Shown here: piece by piece, positions 39,983 to 51,514 of the stretch
How positions within the stretch are numbered: position 1 is the stretch's first letter
Layout of the letters: the number at the start of each line of letters is the position of its first letter
Source: Adineta vaga
Taxonomy: Eukaryota; Animalia; Rotifera
NCBI GenBank assembly: GCA_021613535.1
Contig: CP075496.1
Span: 8,060,001 to 8,124,000, forward strand
Length of the DNA stretch: 64,000 bases
Direction of reading: 5' to 3'
Program-made: the position numbers and the translations under genes
The notes under the pieces: model-generated
What the model saw: only the letters and a program-made list of their open reading frames with translations
What the model was told of the DNA's origin: nothing
The model's database searches: none

Positions 39983-40082
39983 CAAGGGGGTAAGTGCAGA
40001 CCGGACGTCGCCAGCACCTCAGCACTCATCCGACACCTACCGCTATATTTTTGGGTGCTGGATGCCTGCACTTACCCCCTTG
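39983..40082. mobile_element. 100-bp MITE-like element with 17-bp perfect terminal inverted repeats
   Basis: CAAGGGGGTAAGTGCAG at 39983 and CTGCACTTACCCCCTTG ending at 40082. GC-rich island in AT-rich DNA. No short TSD seen. Confidence 0.75.
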
Positions 40083-40266
40083 TGATAACCACTAATGATA
40101 TGTTTTGAAGAAGAAAAAAAAGAAAACAAATTCATCTGATAAGTTATATACTTCAAAATGTTCGATGGTAAAAACAATACTTTTCAAATCTTCTATCAAG
40201 CAAAAGATAAATAATGTATTTTTTAACTTTATGTTGTTTACAACTTAGAAATTACATTCACTAATC

Positions 40267-41596
40267 TCAGTGTTTATTTACATATTCTTTTTTGCCCCAT
40301 AATGGTGTATCTTCTGTAGTATTTAAATTCAATGAAAATTCAGTTTGTAATGTAATTTCATCAGCGAAATCCTGATGAACTTTGTTACTTTCATATATAT
40401 TCGATGAGAGAGTCAAAGCATCAAGTGCAACTTTAACTAAAGCATTCAGACGTTGTACTGCTTGAAAGAAATCATATTTGTATAGCATATATCTCCATAG
40501 AAGTTCGACATAAACATTTTGACTACCAAATAAACGAAATGTACCGCATAACAAACTATCTTGAGATGCTAGTTGTTCTGTAGTAACCATATAACAATTC
40601 GATGAAAAAGTCAATATAGTAAGCATTAATTTTACAAGTGTCAAATCATAATCAAGTAATGTACTAATATATTTTGTACGCTGAACATTATCAAAACCAT
40701 ATAGAGGTATTAGAGCATTTTCGCTATATCTATTATAAAATATACCAGCTTCACGAAATGAAGTTACGCAATAGAATGCTAATAAGCCTTGCATATTCCG
40801 TTGAAATAATGAAGATTGTTCTTCACTTGTCATTACACGAAAATCAGCAATACACTCAATAAATGATTGTAACGATATATAAATTATAGTCATAATATTC
40901 AAGGAATTTCTTATATCGTGTTCTTTATTTGGAAATGTATTATCGACTAGTTTCACAATGTCTTTCGTAATTGGTACGCAACTGTAAGTATCAAAAGCGT
41001 GAACAATATTTGAAAGTAATCTCCAATTCGTTGATGTCAGAATTGACCGATCAGTGGATAAGAGATCTAATGAACATGGTTGTGAGAAAGTCTAAATATG
41101 AAAAGTTTTGTTTTCTTATCTTTTTTTCTGAAGAATAATCTTATTTTCTAAAGGTATAATTATACATACGACGAATTCTTTTGATGCTAATTGTCTTTGA
41201 CATTTCTTTGAACTTCGATATTTTTCATAGAAATCTTCTTTACGAATTAAATCTGACCTCATTCCTATTGCCAAGCATTTTTTTAAACGACATGCAGTAC
41301 AATATTTTCTTGTTCCAATCGTTATTGGACAAAATCCTTGATAAGAACAAGTTAACATATTCTAGGAGACGAAAACTGCTATATAAGGATAGAAGTATAG
41401 AATTATGAATAGAAGAAACCTTAGAATGGAACCCATGTCGACGAAAGAATGTACGACATGACGAACATGAAAGTGCGCCATAGTTAATTATACGTGCGTG
41501 ATCACCGCAAACTGAACAAATTCCAACATTTGCCGATTGATGATGTCTTCGAATAGATCGAGTTGACGAAACCGATAATGGTCGTTTAAACGACAT
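40267..41596 (-). CDS. Nuclear receptor A (divergent NR1-like, HR96/VDR-type), 3 exons
   Basis: CSVCGDHARIINYGALSCSSCRTFFRR, CSYQGFCPITIGTRKYCTACRLKKCLAIGM, LBD IADFRVMTSEEQSSLF...EDTPLWGKK. Confidence 0.92.
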
Positions 41597-42809
41597 TTTA
41601 ATCGATTGATTTTGATTTTCTTATCTGAAATTGTAAAACAGTTGTTTTCCAGAAAATAATACTACAGAACCAGAATGATATTAACGTAGTTTATAATATG
41701 ACTCTTAGAATGAGTAGGTGTTCTATGATACGTTAGAGGTTGTTTCCGTAATGATATATTTTAAATATAAACGGACACATTTTGTACTAATCATGACAAT
41801 CTCTTTGGAATAAAAAAACACATCGATCTTAAATAAAAATGAAATACTATTCGTCGTACCGTATTTGGACTGTCTAATGAGGATACGGTGTGTCTAGATG
41901 TCCTAAGTATCTTTTTTTTCATATTTTAAAGTAACAAACAGATAATAAGACTTAATCTACTTACGTATCGAACATAAAAGAACGTGTGATGCAATAGCAT
42001 CATGCATAGATCGATGTTTTTATTTTCTTGTCTCCTCTATCTTTTTTTATTTTGCTTTGTTGTTCTCTAGTTACATCCTTTTATTTATTCTCACTCGTTC
42101 ATTCTACAAGAAATGTCAACCAGTAGATAGCTGAAAAAGCGACTTCTCTCTTCTCATTAATGCGAACATAAAAAAAGAAAAATAGAGCAAAACATTCATT
42201 TACAACAAGTATGTGTCTTCATAAGACGAACAGTCTCAATAAGATTTTTTTCTAGAATGAAATAATAGAGCGAAATTAAGATTTCATTAGAAAAATCTGC
42301 GAGATAAAAATGTATCTAATTGATTAGTCTATCTTTCTTGATCTTTGAGTTGAATATACGAAAATATCTCGTCTGAAATTCATGAGATCTTAGATAAAAA
42401 TGGGTTTTGTCACAAGTTTTAATTGAAGATAGAACTTGGAAAACAATTTATCTTGATTGTATTGTCAAAAAAAAAACGCCAGATGAATGATAAGAAAAGA
42501 AAATTAATTACAAAAACTGACTACAGTAAATCCGTTTAACTTCTTTTTTTCGTTCTGTCTCTCCTTCTATCGTGCTATGTTTAGATAAGTATCTTTTAAA
42601 CATGCTCTGGATAGATTATCTTATCAGTAAGTCGTTAGAATATCGCACAACAGGTTATTTATTTTAGACAATATTGATAACAAGAAGAATACTGACAAAA
42701 ATATACAAACAGCTGGAATGTCAATAAAATTTATTTTAACATTTTTGTTTGTTTTGATCGTTCAGTAATATCTATTGATTAAACATAAATTTCATATCAC
42801 ATGTTGAAA

Positions 42810-45222
42810 TCATGTTCGACCCCACAAAACAATGACTTCATCATTATGTTTTGTCAATGAATTTTCCGCTAATTCAGCAGATTCTTCAATAAAATCATGG
42901 TAAAGATCATTTGTTCGATGAATATCTGCAGATATTTGTAAAAGATCAAGTATAGTTTTAACAATTAAAAGCAAACGCATTCCTGCAGTATAATAATCAT
43001 AGCGATAAATCATATATTTCCATAGGATTTCAATATACATATTTTGACTTCCTAATAATCGAAATGTTCCTAATAGTAATCTATCTGGTTGAATATGTTC
43101 ATGTTCATCAACCATGAAACAATTCGAAGAAAAAGCTAAGATGATAAGCATAAATTTGATAACTATTACATCATCTTCAAGTTTCATGATTATATTTTTC
43201 ATTCGATGATAAATATTATATTCATAAGTATTTGTTAGGATACTTTCATTACTTGAAATATTGAACATTCCTGTCATAGATAAAATGAATGTTGCGTATA
43301 GATTAAGTACTCCATGAAGATTTCGTTGATAGAGAGATTGTTTCTCTGCAAGAGTTAATGTTTGAAAATCAGCCGACGATGAAATAAATGAGTCAGTTGA
43401 TGAATAGAATTGACTGAAGAGAGACAGAACTTGTGAAATATCGAAGGAGAGATGTTGTGGCCAAGTAGTTAGATGTTGAGTAAGTTGTCGTGTTTGAGAA
43501 GCTGGAGTAAATTTGTCGAAGGCATGAATAACATTGGAAAGCATTGTCCAATCGAATGGAGTGAGAGATGATTGATCTTGACGAAGAAGATTCAATGTTG
43601 GTAAGTGAACTACAGGCTATGAGAAGAAATAAAATATTACTATCGAAGAATATTTTCTCATAAGCATATATACGTCTAGAAATAGTTCACTAATATAAGC
43701 ATCGTGTTTATTCATTTGTCCAAAGAACACTTCTTTGTGCTGATTACTTACAATAACAATATAGAGTACTTGAACATATTAGATTAGTATTTTTCTAATA
43801 AAGAAATATTTAAGATAACTCTGAACTCTATGATGAGATCTTACATAATTTTCAAATGAAGTCAGTTCTCATCTAAACCGTATGTACTCATACATGTAGT
43901 TACTTAAAACATATTTTATATATATATATTTGCAACATTAAAAAGCAGAAAATTTTCTTTTCTTTGTGTAAATAATTAGTAGATTGTACTTAAATAATCT
44001 CGTGGAAGTTTATCATAAGGTCTCACATAAAAGAATCTTCTTAAAACGCTAGTATTTTTGCCCTGCTATTACAGTATGAACTGAGCTTTATATTTTATCA
44101 TGAAAAAAATTTAATCTTCACTGTATAATTCAGAGAGATTATTGATCTTATGACAGATGATGTTTATTTTATCATTGAAATTAACTTCGGCAAAAAAGTG
44201 TACTCTCGGGAAGATATATATATATAGAAGAAAGAGGAAACTGGTCTGTTTGTAAAGAAGTCGGCGTTTTTATTACAAATTTCATAGAAAAAAAAGGAAG
44301 ACAAAAGTATTTTGACTACACGCCTCTTGACAAACGCAAAAGACGTAATCAATTTGTTTGATGGAGATCGACATAGACAGTTAACCGATTTGGAAAAACC
44401 GTCGTTTGAACTATATTTTTGGTTTAATAAAATGTATTTACTTTGTCAACTGTGAAGACATAATTATGGAGATGATGATGATGGTGACTTCTTCAAAGAT
44501 TAGAAACAGACTATTTGATAAGAATCTAAAAGATTCGTGTCGAAAAATTTTCAACAGACAAGCACAGTTGGTGATCTAGCAATTAGAATCCTATGTCATG
44601 ACTATTTCTACCGAAGTAAAGAAGAAAAAGGAAGATCTAAATTCATCTTTATTATTTGTGCACAAAAAGATATGCATTATCTCATCGACATTGTTGATAA
44701 AATTCATATATTGTTTTTCATTCTATATATAATAGAAAAAACATTTCGGTGTTACACTTTCTTTGTAATAATATCTCATCTAATATGACAATAATAAAAA
44801 AACATACCATAGTCTTTTTCAATGTCATTTGTTTATATTTCATTGAATGTCCTTGTCGATTTTTTGAAGACAAATCTTCTTTACGAATAAAATCTGAATT
44901 CATTCCAGCTGCTAAACATTTCGCAAAACGACAAGCTGAACAATATTTCCTGGTCTCTGTCGTTATGAAACATTCAGCTTCGAAATGACATTCTAAATTC
45001 TATTAAATATACTTGTAGAAATAAGTATGCAGGTGTAAATACAAATATTCATACTTTTGAATGATAACCATGTCGACGAAAGAATGTTTTACAAGATGGA
45101 CAACTAAGTGCTCCATAATTTATAATACACGCTTTATCTCCACATACTTGACAAGTGTCATTTCGAGATGGAATCCTAGCAGATTGATCTGTTATTGGAA
45201 GAATTGTTTTTTTTAAAGACAT
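42810..45222 (-). CDS. Nuclear receptor B (tandem paralog), with a 1.2-kb second intron
   Basis: CQVCGDKACIINYGALSCPSCKTFFRR, CHFEAECFITTETRKYCSACRFAKCLAAGM, LBD ADFQTLTLAEKQSLY...VIVLWGRT. Confidence 0.92.
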
Positions 45223-45662
45223 TTCTTTTCTAATATAGTAAAAACAATAATCTAAACAATATTATTCGAGAGATGAGAGATGTATCGCAGATTGTCTGCA
45301 AAAATATTCAAAAGATCAAGATGATATTTTACAAAAATAATGCAGATTATAAATTGAAAGTATGTATATGTAAAAACGTCATTATAATAAATAAAATATG
45401 GTACAGAAAAGGATGCCTAGCAAAAGTGCTGTAAGTGAATAATATCTTTTGTCTAGAAAATGATAAACTAAAAAAGAAAAACAAGTCTATTTATATTTTC
45501 TCTTTCCTAGTTGTCTATTATCACCTCGTGCATACTCAAATGTTTTATCCACCCTTCAAAATGCGTGAGCGACTATATCTAGAGAAAAATACATTACTTT
45601 TCCATTTCTTTCTCTACAATAAAAACAAGTTATAATGACGAGAGAAGAGAATAGAAAAGAAA

Positions 45663-45686
45663 GTGAGTGAGTGAGTGAGTGAGTGA
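45663..45686 (+). repeat. (GTGA)n tetranucleotide microsatellite upstream of NR-B
   Basis: gtgagtgagtgagtgagtgagtga read directly. Confidence 0.8.
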
Positions 45687-46483
45687 GAGAGAGAAAGAGA
45701 AACGTTAATCACTAAAGCTTCTGATTAGTCATTTCATTATTATACGTATGTTATCATTATAATGTGCTATATCTCAAAGATAATTAATTTAAAAAGTATT
45801 CGATTATGTACAGATGCCTTTTCAAATGACTTTGTATATGTAAACTAAATTATTAAATACTAACGTCATTGAACATAGAGATATGAGAACATCTTGTGTT
45901 CCATGAAGTAACTGTATATCATTGAAACATAATCATGTTTACATAATACTTATTTTGCTAAAGATAAAACAAAATGATGAATTTATTATTTACAAATCTT
46001 ATTATAGTGAATCAAAGGCAGAATTCTTGTCAGTTTTAATTAACATTTAGTAATTGATTTATGGAAGAGTTAATAATATAGGAGTTTTATGCACTGTACA
46101 AAGATTAGATCTACGTTACATCCGAGTTCATATGTTTATCTACTGCAAAGAAATAAACAAGATATAAATGTTTGCAAGTTTATTTTTACGTGTTCTTTAA
46201 GTGTATAAAATCCTTTGAGAATTAATTGACAATAACTACACACAAGGAAAACATCACTTACATGTTTAACTATAGAATATCAAAATACTCCCACAGTCTA
46301 AGTGATGGGTTTATCTGTTTTTTGTTAATCTCTACTTGTTTAACTAAATATACATGCCAATTTCTGGCAATTTAACGTAGGCATAGAATTTCATTCTCAT
46401 AATTAATCAAATATTCGAAGAAACATCTATTTATATAACAGATATGAAGTATTGTCACTATGCTCGACCCCATAAAATAACCA

Positions 46484-46649
46484 CTTCATTCCGAAAGGCA
46501 TGATAGCGAAAGAATATCTTACAAGATACGTACGCCATTCCAACATAATTAAGACAACTCGCTGAATATCCACATACTTGACAAACACGCATCTTTGATG
46601 GTATACTTGATTTTTACTAATGGAACTCAAGTTGATAAAGAGCAGACAT
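46484..46649 (-). pseudogene. Orphan degenerate nuclear receptor first zinc-finger exon
   Basis: A minus frame reads MRVCQVCGYSASCLNYVGMAYVSCKIFFRYHAFRNE (third Cys lost). The upstream ATG frame hits TAG, and no matching second finger or LBD follows. Confidence 0.7.
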
Positions 46650-47405
46650 TTATAAATCTTAGTAGTTTATACCGGAGTACTTTCACTTCAATAGACTTAA
46701 TTCATGAATAAATACGAGGATTCCTTGAAAAAATCATGAGTTTATTAAAATCAGATAAAAATTAATTGTACCTGTAGTTGCAAATAATGAATATTATAAA
46801 AACAGCTCTTTAAAGCAATTATTTACACTATATAATATTTAAAAAAGAACTAATTAAACCACTATTTCTACGTGTCAATACTTTCAAGATACTCAATTCC
46901 TAGTCCACATTTTTCAAATTTGTACTTTAGTCTATTGATACTTGTCATATAATATTATTATTTTATATTTATTTTCTACTAACATCTTGGAAATATTTAT
47001 GACAATATTTTAGAAGACTTTTTCTCATCTTGTTCATTTAGCTATTTAGATGATTGTCTATTAAATGAAAGGTAGAGAACAAAAGATGATGGAATGATGT
47101 TCTTCCACGAAACATACAGTAGAAATGTTCTTGTTTCCTTTGATACTTATCAGGAATGAAATAGTTGATATTCTCGTTCATAGTTATTCAATGAATTTAT
47201 TCACAGTTCTAAAGTATATCAGTAGTTCGGAATTCTAACAAAAGAACACACCCTTAAAGTTTCTATTATTCGTTTATCTTTATTGATCAATTCGTGTTCA
47301 TTTAAGACAATCATTATATACATAAGTAAATAAATGAATACAATTTTCAATAATCTAATTGCGTACATCATAAAAAAAGAAAACAAAATCATATAAATCA
47401 AACTA

Positions 47406-48738
47406 TTATTTCTTTCCCCATAATGGTATAGAATTATTGTCTGTTCCACTCAATGATCTTTGAATTTGTCCAATTGTATGATCAATAAAATTTTGATGAA
47501 GTCGATTATTTTCATACATTTCAAATGAAAATCTCAACACATCAAGGAATTGTTTAACAACTGTAGAAAATCGTTGAACTGAATATTCATGACCATATGT
47601 ATGCAATAAGTATTTCCACAATAATTCAATGTATACATTTTGACTTCCGAATAAACGAAATGTTCCTAATAATAAACTATCACGGTCAATATCTGTGCCA
47701 TTATTTAACATAGAACAATTCGATGAAAATGCTAATGCTACAAGTAGAAGTTTAAAAACGATTGGATCACAATTTAATTGTTGACAAATTAATTTTGCTT
47801 GTTGAAAAACATCATTGCCATAGAATGGTGAGATCATCATTTCATTTTCAGGTCTATCAAAAACACCTAGTTCACGCATGAAATACATTCCACCAATACA
47901 TAATAGACCGAACATATTACGTTGAAATAATGAAGATTGTTCTGTGGTTGTTAATATCCGAAAATCAGGTATAGAACTAATAAATGATTGTAAAGATTTA
48001 TAGAATGATGACATGAGATGAAATGATGGTGGCACACCATATGGTAATACTATCGATGATGATGATGATGATGATGATGATATTGTAGTACTCATGGTCA
48101 TTGTTTGACGAACTTCTGAAACTGGATTGAATGTATCAAATGCATGGATAACATTAGATATCACTTTCCAATCAGAGGGATTGAGTGTGAAATGACCAGC
48201 GCCATAAGATAAATTTAATGCTGATTGTTCAGGTATAGTCTAAAATACATCAAATATCCAAGATAAAAGCAAGTCTATCGATTTGAAGAAAAAAATATAG
48301 ATTAATATATCCAATTATATCTTTAAAAAAGCTTCTCACTTACCACCACATCCAATTGTTTACTCTTCACTTTTTGTGATTTCTCTTTTTTCTTTGATAA
48401 ATCTTGTTTTCGAATGTGATCAGGATTCATACCTATAGCAAGACATTTGGTAAGTCGACATGCTGCACAAACTTTTCTTGTTAACATATTCACTTCACAA
48501 TGTCCATCATAACGACATGTAATTGGTTTCTGTGAAAAGAAATGTGAATTTAAAAACGAAAATTTCATAGATTTCATACTTTAGATGGAAAACCATTTCG
48601 ACGAAAAAATGTTCGACATGATGAACAAGATATAGCACCATAGTTCATTTTTGGCGAATGATCTTCACACACTAGACATAGATTCATCGTAATGGTAGTT
48701 TGTTTTTTCTCTTGATTATGATCATTCGATGAAGCCAT
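47406..48738 (-). CDS. Nuclear receptor C (tandem paralog), 3 exons
   Basis: CLVCEDHSPKMNYGAISCSSCRTFFRR, CRYDGHCEVNMLTRKVCAACRLTKCLAIGM, LBD IPDFRILTTTEQSSLF...SIPLWGKK. Confidence 0.92.
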
Positions 48739-50652
48739 TAATAAAAATCACTTCTAAATATAATACATATTTTAAGAAAAAAGATGAATTTATTATCGAA
48801 ACGAGTCTAGTATCGTTGAATATCTTATGTTTGTAGAAATTAATTTTCTATTATCTCAATAGTCGTAATCGGTTATTTTAATATGAATGGTGACTTATAT
48901 GAAAAAACAGCTACTTTTCGTACATTATCGTAAAGTTTACAATAGAAAATGATTGATTTTCTTCTCTTTTCTTGTATAGACGGCAACTCTTCTTCATTCT
49001 TTTTCTTGCAATAGAAATCTTCGAAAAATTAAAATGTTCTCTTGACTCTTATTTGAACACAAACGTATCTAACGAATCAAATTATACTTAGAAATATAAA
49101 ATTAAGTTTAAAAATGACTTCTTCTATTTTTTCAATCATTAATTATTATGTAAATATGAAAGATATGAAAAATATGATAGGTGCGTCGAATTGTCAGAAT
49201 AGTAAAAGAAAGCTTGAAAGAACCGTAGGAGTAACAAAAAAATCTTTATAAATAGAAACGATTCTCTTTATATTTAAAATACTATCGAGCAATTATTCAT
49301 TGTAGGCAATGCACTTTTTGTACTATTTTTTGATAGGTGTGGATGATGTTAATTTGAACCCTTGAACAGGAATGACAAATGATAATAGCACATTCTTATA
49401 TTCTGTTAACATATGATCAGAACGAGTATGATACAAGATAGATTTAATATATAATGAAACTTTTTGATTGCATGAATACACAAATGAACAATGAAGTAAA
49501 TCATCTGTTTTCTGCCAATTATATTTTCAATTTGATTTCATATGCGATGAAATAGAGTAGAGTTTATTCATCAATCGAATTTTACTAGATATTGAAGTTA
49601 TAGAACATTTTTAAAGTGTCCTGAAAAGTGTGATGTATCCAACAGAGGTTAGCTATGTCGTGTGAGTATTATTCTCAATTATCGACAAGTAGAAATTTGC
49701 AGCACCATACTAAAGGAATGCTCATGTCAATCTTGCGTGTTCTGTTTGTGATGGAATATTTTAAATGAATAATGTTCGAAAAGGTTCAAAATACCACACT
49801 CATTTTTGTGATGTTGCTAATCTTCTGAAAGATTAAGAAGACATCCGATAGGGACAACAATTAGTACTCGTATATGACAAGCATCAAAATAAGATCTGTA
49901 TGCATTGATTGCTTTACCTCCCATTTAGCTAAAAGTTACTGGAAAGAAAAATGAAACATAAGTAGTAATGTATAGATATTACAGTAAATGATATGGTTTT
50001 TGCCATAATAAATAATATGGAATATAGAAAGGGTGTTATTCAGCATTGTCAATTAAGAATATTGTTTTACTCTCGTTCTTATTCTTTTCGATGTAGTTCG
50101 AAATGCAACATTGTATTGTTATATCGATTTACATGTCTCAATACATCGAATGAAATGAATGATCACCAAGGCAAATACAGCATCATTCGTATATTTTCAT
50201 ATAGACGAAAAATATGTTAGTTTAAGGTATGATTTCTTCACATTAAGTTATCATTCTATATGTTACTTCAATCAAATATCATATTAGCCAAATAAGTCAA
50301 CTGAGTAAAACGCGTATTTTTTACCTTGGAAGTTCGCTGTTGGACGAAGCTTCTCATATTGAACTGAAACATAGACATATTCAATGGTCTCTTGATTATA
50401 ATATGAGATCTTCACAAAGAACAGGTTTATTTTGTTTCTCGATTACAACTATATTTTCATATTAAAATAGATAATAATTCAGCATTTCTAAAATACTTTT
50501 ATTTTTATTCTAAGTAAACACGTTTCTAGTTTAGTAATACTTTATCAAAAGGAAGATCAACAATTTGTCAATGTGAAAACATGCACAGAAGTATAACCGT
50601 TAACAGATAGAGAATGTTTTGTATAAAAACGAATACATACGAGATTGTTAAT

Positions 50653-51217
50653 TTAACGACGATAATAAACAGTTTGATAATTTGACCAAAGAAGTCCAGC
50701 ATTGATTATATATGTTGCAATACAAACTAGACATAAATCTTTGAGAATAAAAGCTAAGATAAAAGCTAAATAGAGTGAACCAACACAAGCTAATACAGAT
50801 GAGAATAGAGCGAATTTGGTAAATAGTGGAATTGGTATTAATCCTAAAATAGAATGAAAATAATGAGACATATAGATGACAAATAAAAAGGATTTTGTTT
50901 TTTACCAAAAAGAATTTGTAAACTATAGAAAATAATACCCAAATTACCATTTGATGCATTCAATTTACTATTTTTACCAAATAAAGTACCAGCAATTCCA
51001 AATCCAGTTCCATATCTATCAACAAAATTACTTTTAATTGATCAATTGAACTGATTTGATCTTACTTGCTGGTTAAAACTTTAGTACAACTTGCATTTGG
51101 CCCTATATCGCACATTGCTTTATATTTTGGATTCTTCTCATGTTGTTTTTTGACGTAAAATGAATATAAAGATGCAATAATACCTGCAATACCTAATAGA
51201 ACTTGTTCAACGATCAT
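50653..51217 (-). CDS. VKORC1: Vitamin K epoxide reductase complex subunit 1-like, 3 exons
   Basis: ASLYSFYVK...YKAMCDIGPNASCTKVLTSK|YGTGFG...NASNG...GSLYLAFILAFILKDLCLVCIATYIIN (CxxC active site). Confidence 0.93.
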
Positions 51218-51514
51218 AGTTTTTATTTATCTACAAAAAGCAACGAAGAACTAAGAAAAATAACTTTGATACTTAATTCTCTTCATAGGCACCCGATACA
51301 TATACATACATTGTAGAATAAATAAATTTTGAAAGACACCAAAAAAACCAGAACAATAGAAAATCAAGAAACAAAACACAAGAAAATAGGGAACATATCT
51401 GACTGAAAAATAAAACAAATTTTTTCACACATTGAAAGACATCCAGCAAAATAGAAGAAAAGAATGTTGTTACTGTGAGCATAGATTCAATTAAAATGGT
51501 GAATTATTGAGCAT

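Larger units (their letters stand above)
36017..40082. mobile_element. About 4-kb composite insert bounded by 63-65 bp imperfect inverted repeats starting CAAGGGGGTAAGTGCAG (non-autonomous DNA transposon-like)
   Basis: 36017-36079 is the near-perfect reverse complement of 40018-40082. The interior has no intact ORF and consists of degenerate AT-rich and repeat-like segments. Confidence 0.6.

Noticed and set aside
45663-45700. (GTGA)n as an interstitial telomeric repeat
   Set aside because: It is a short simple microsatellite merging into GA repeats, like other promoter-proximal tracts in the window.
49290-49770. Cys-containing minus-strand fragments (CAIIICHSCSR...; SITNRTRK) as another receptor or zinc-finger remnant
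   Set aside because: Too short and degenerate to distinguish from chance.
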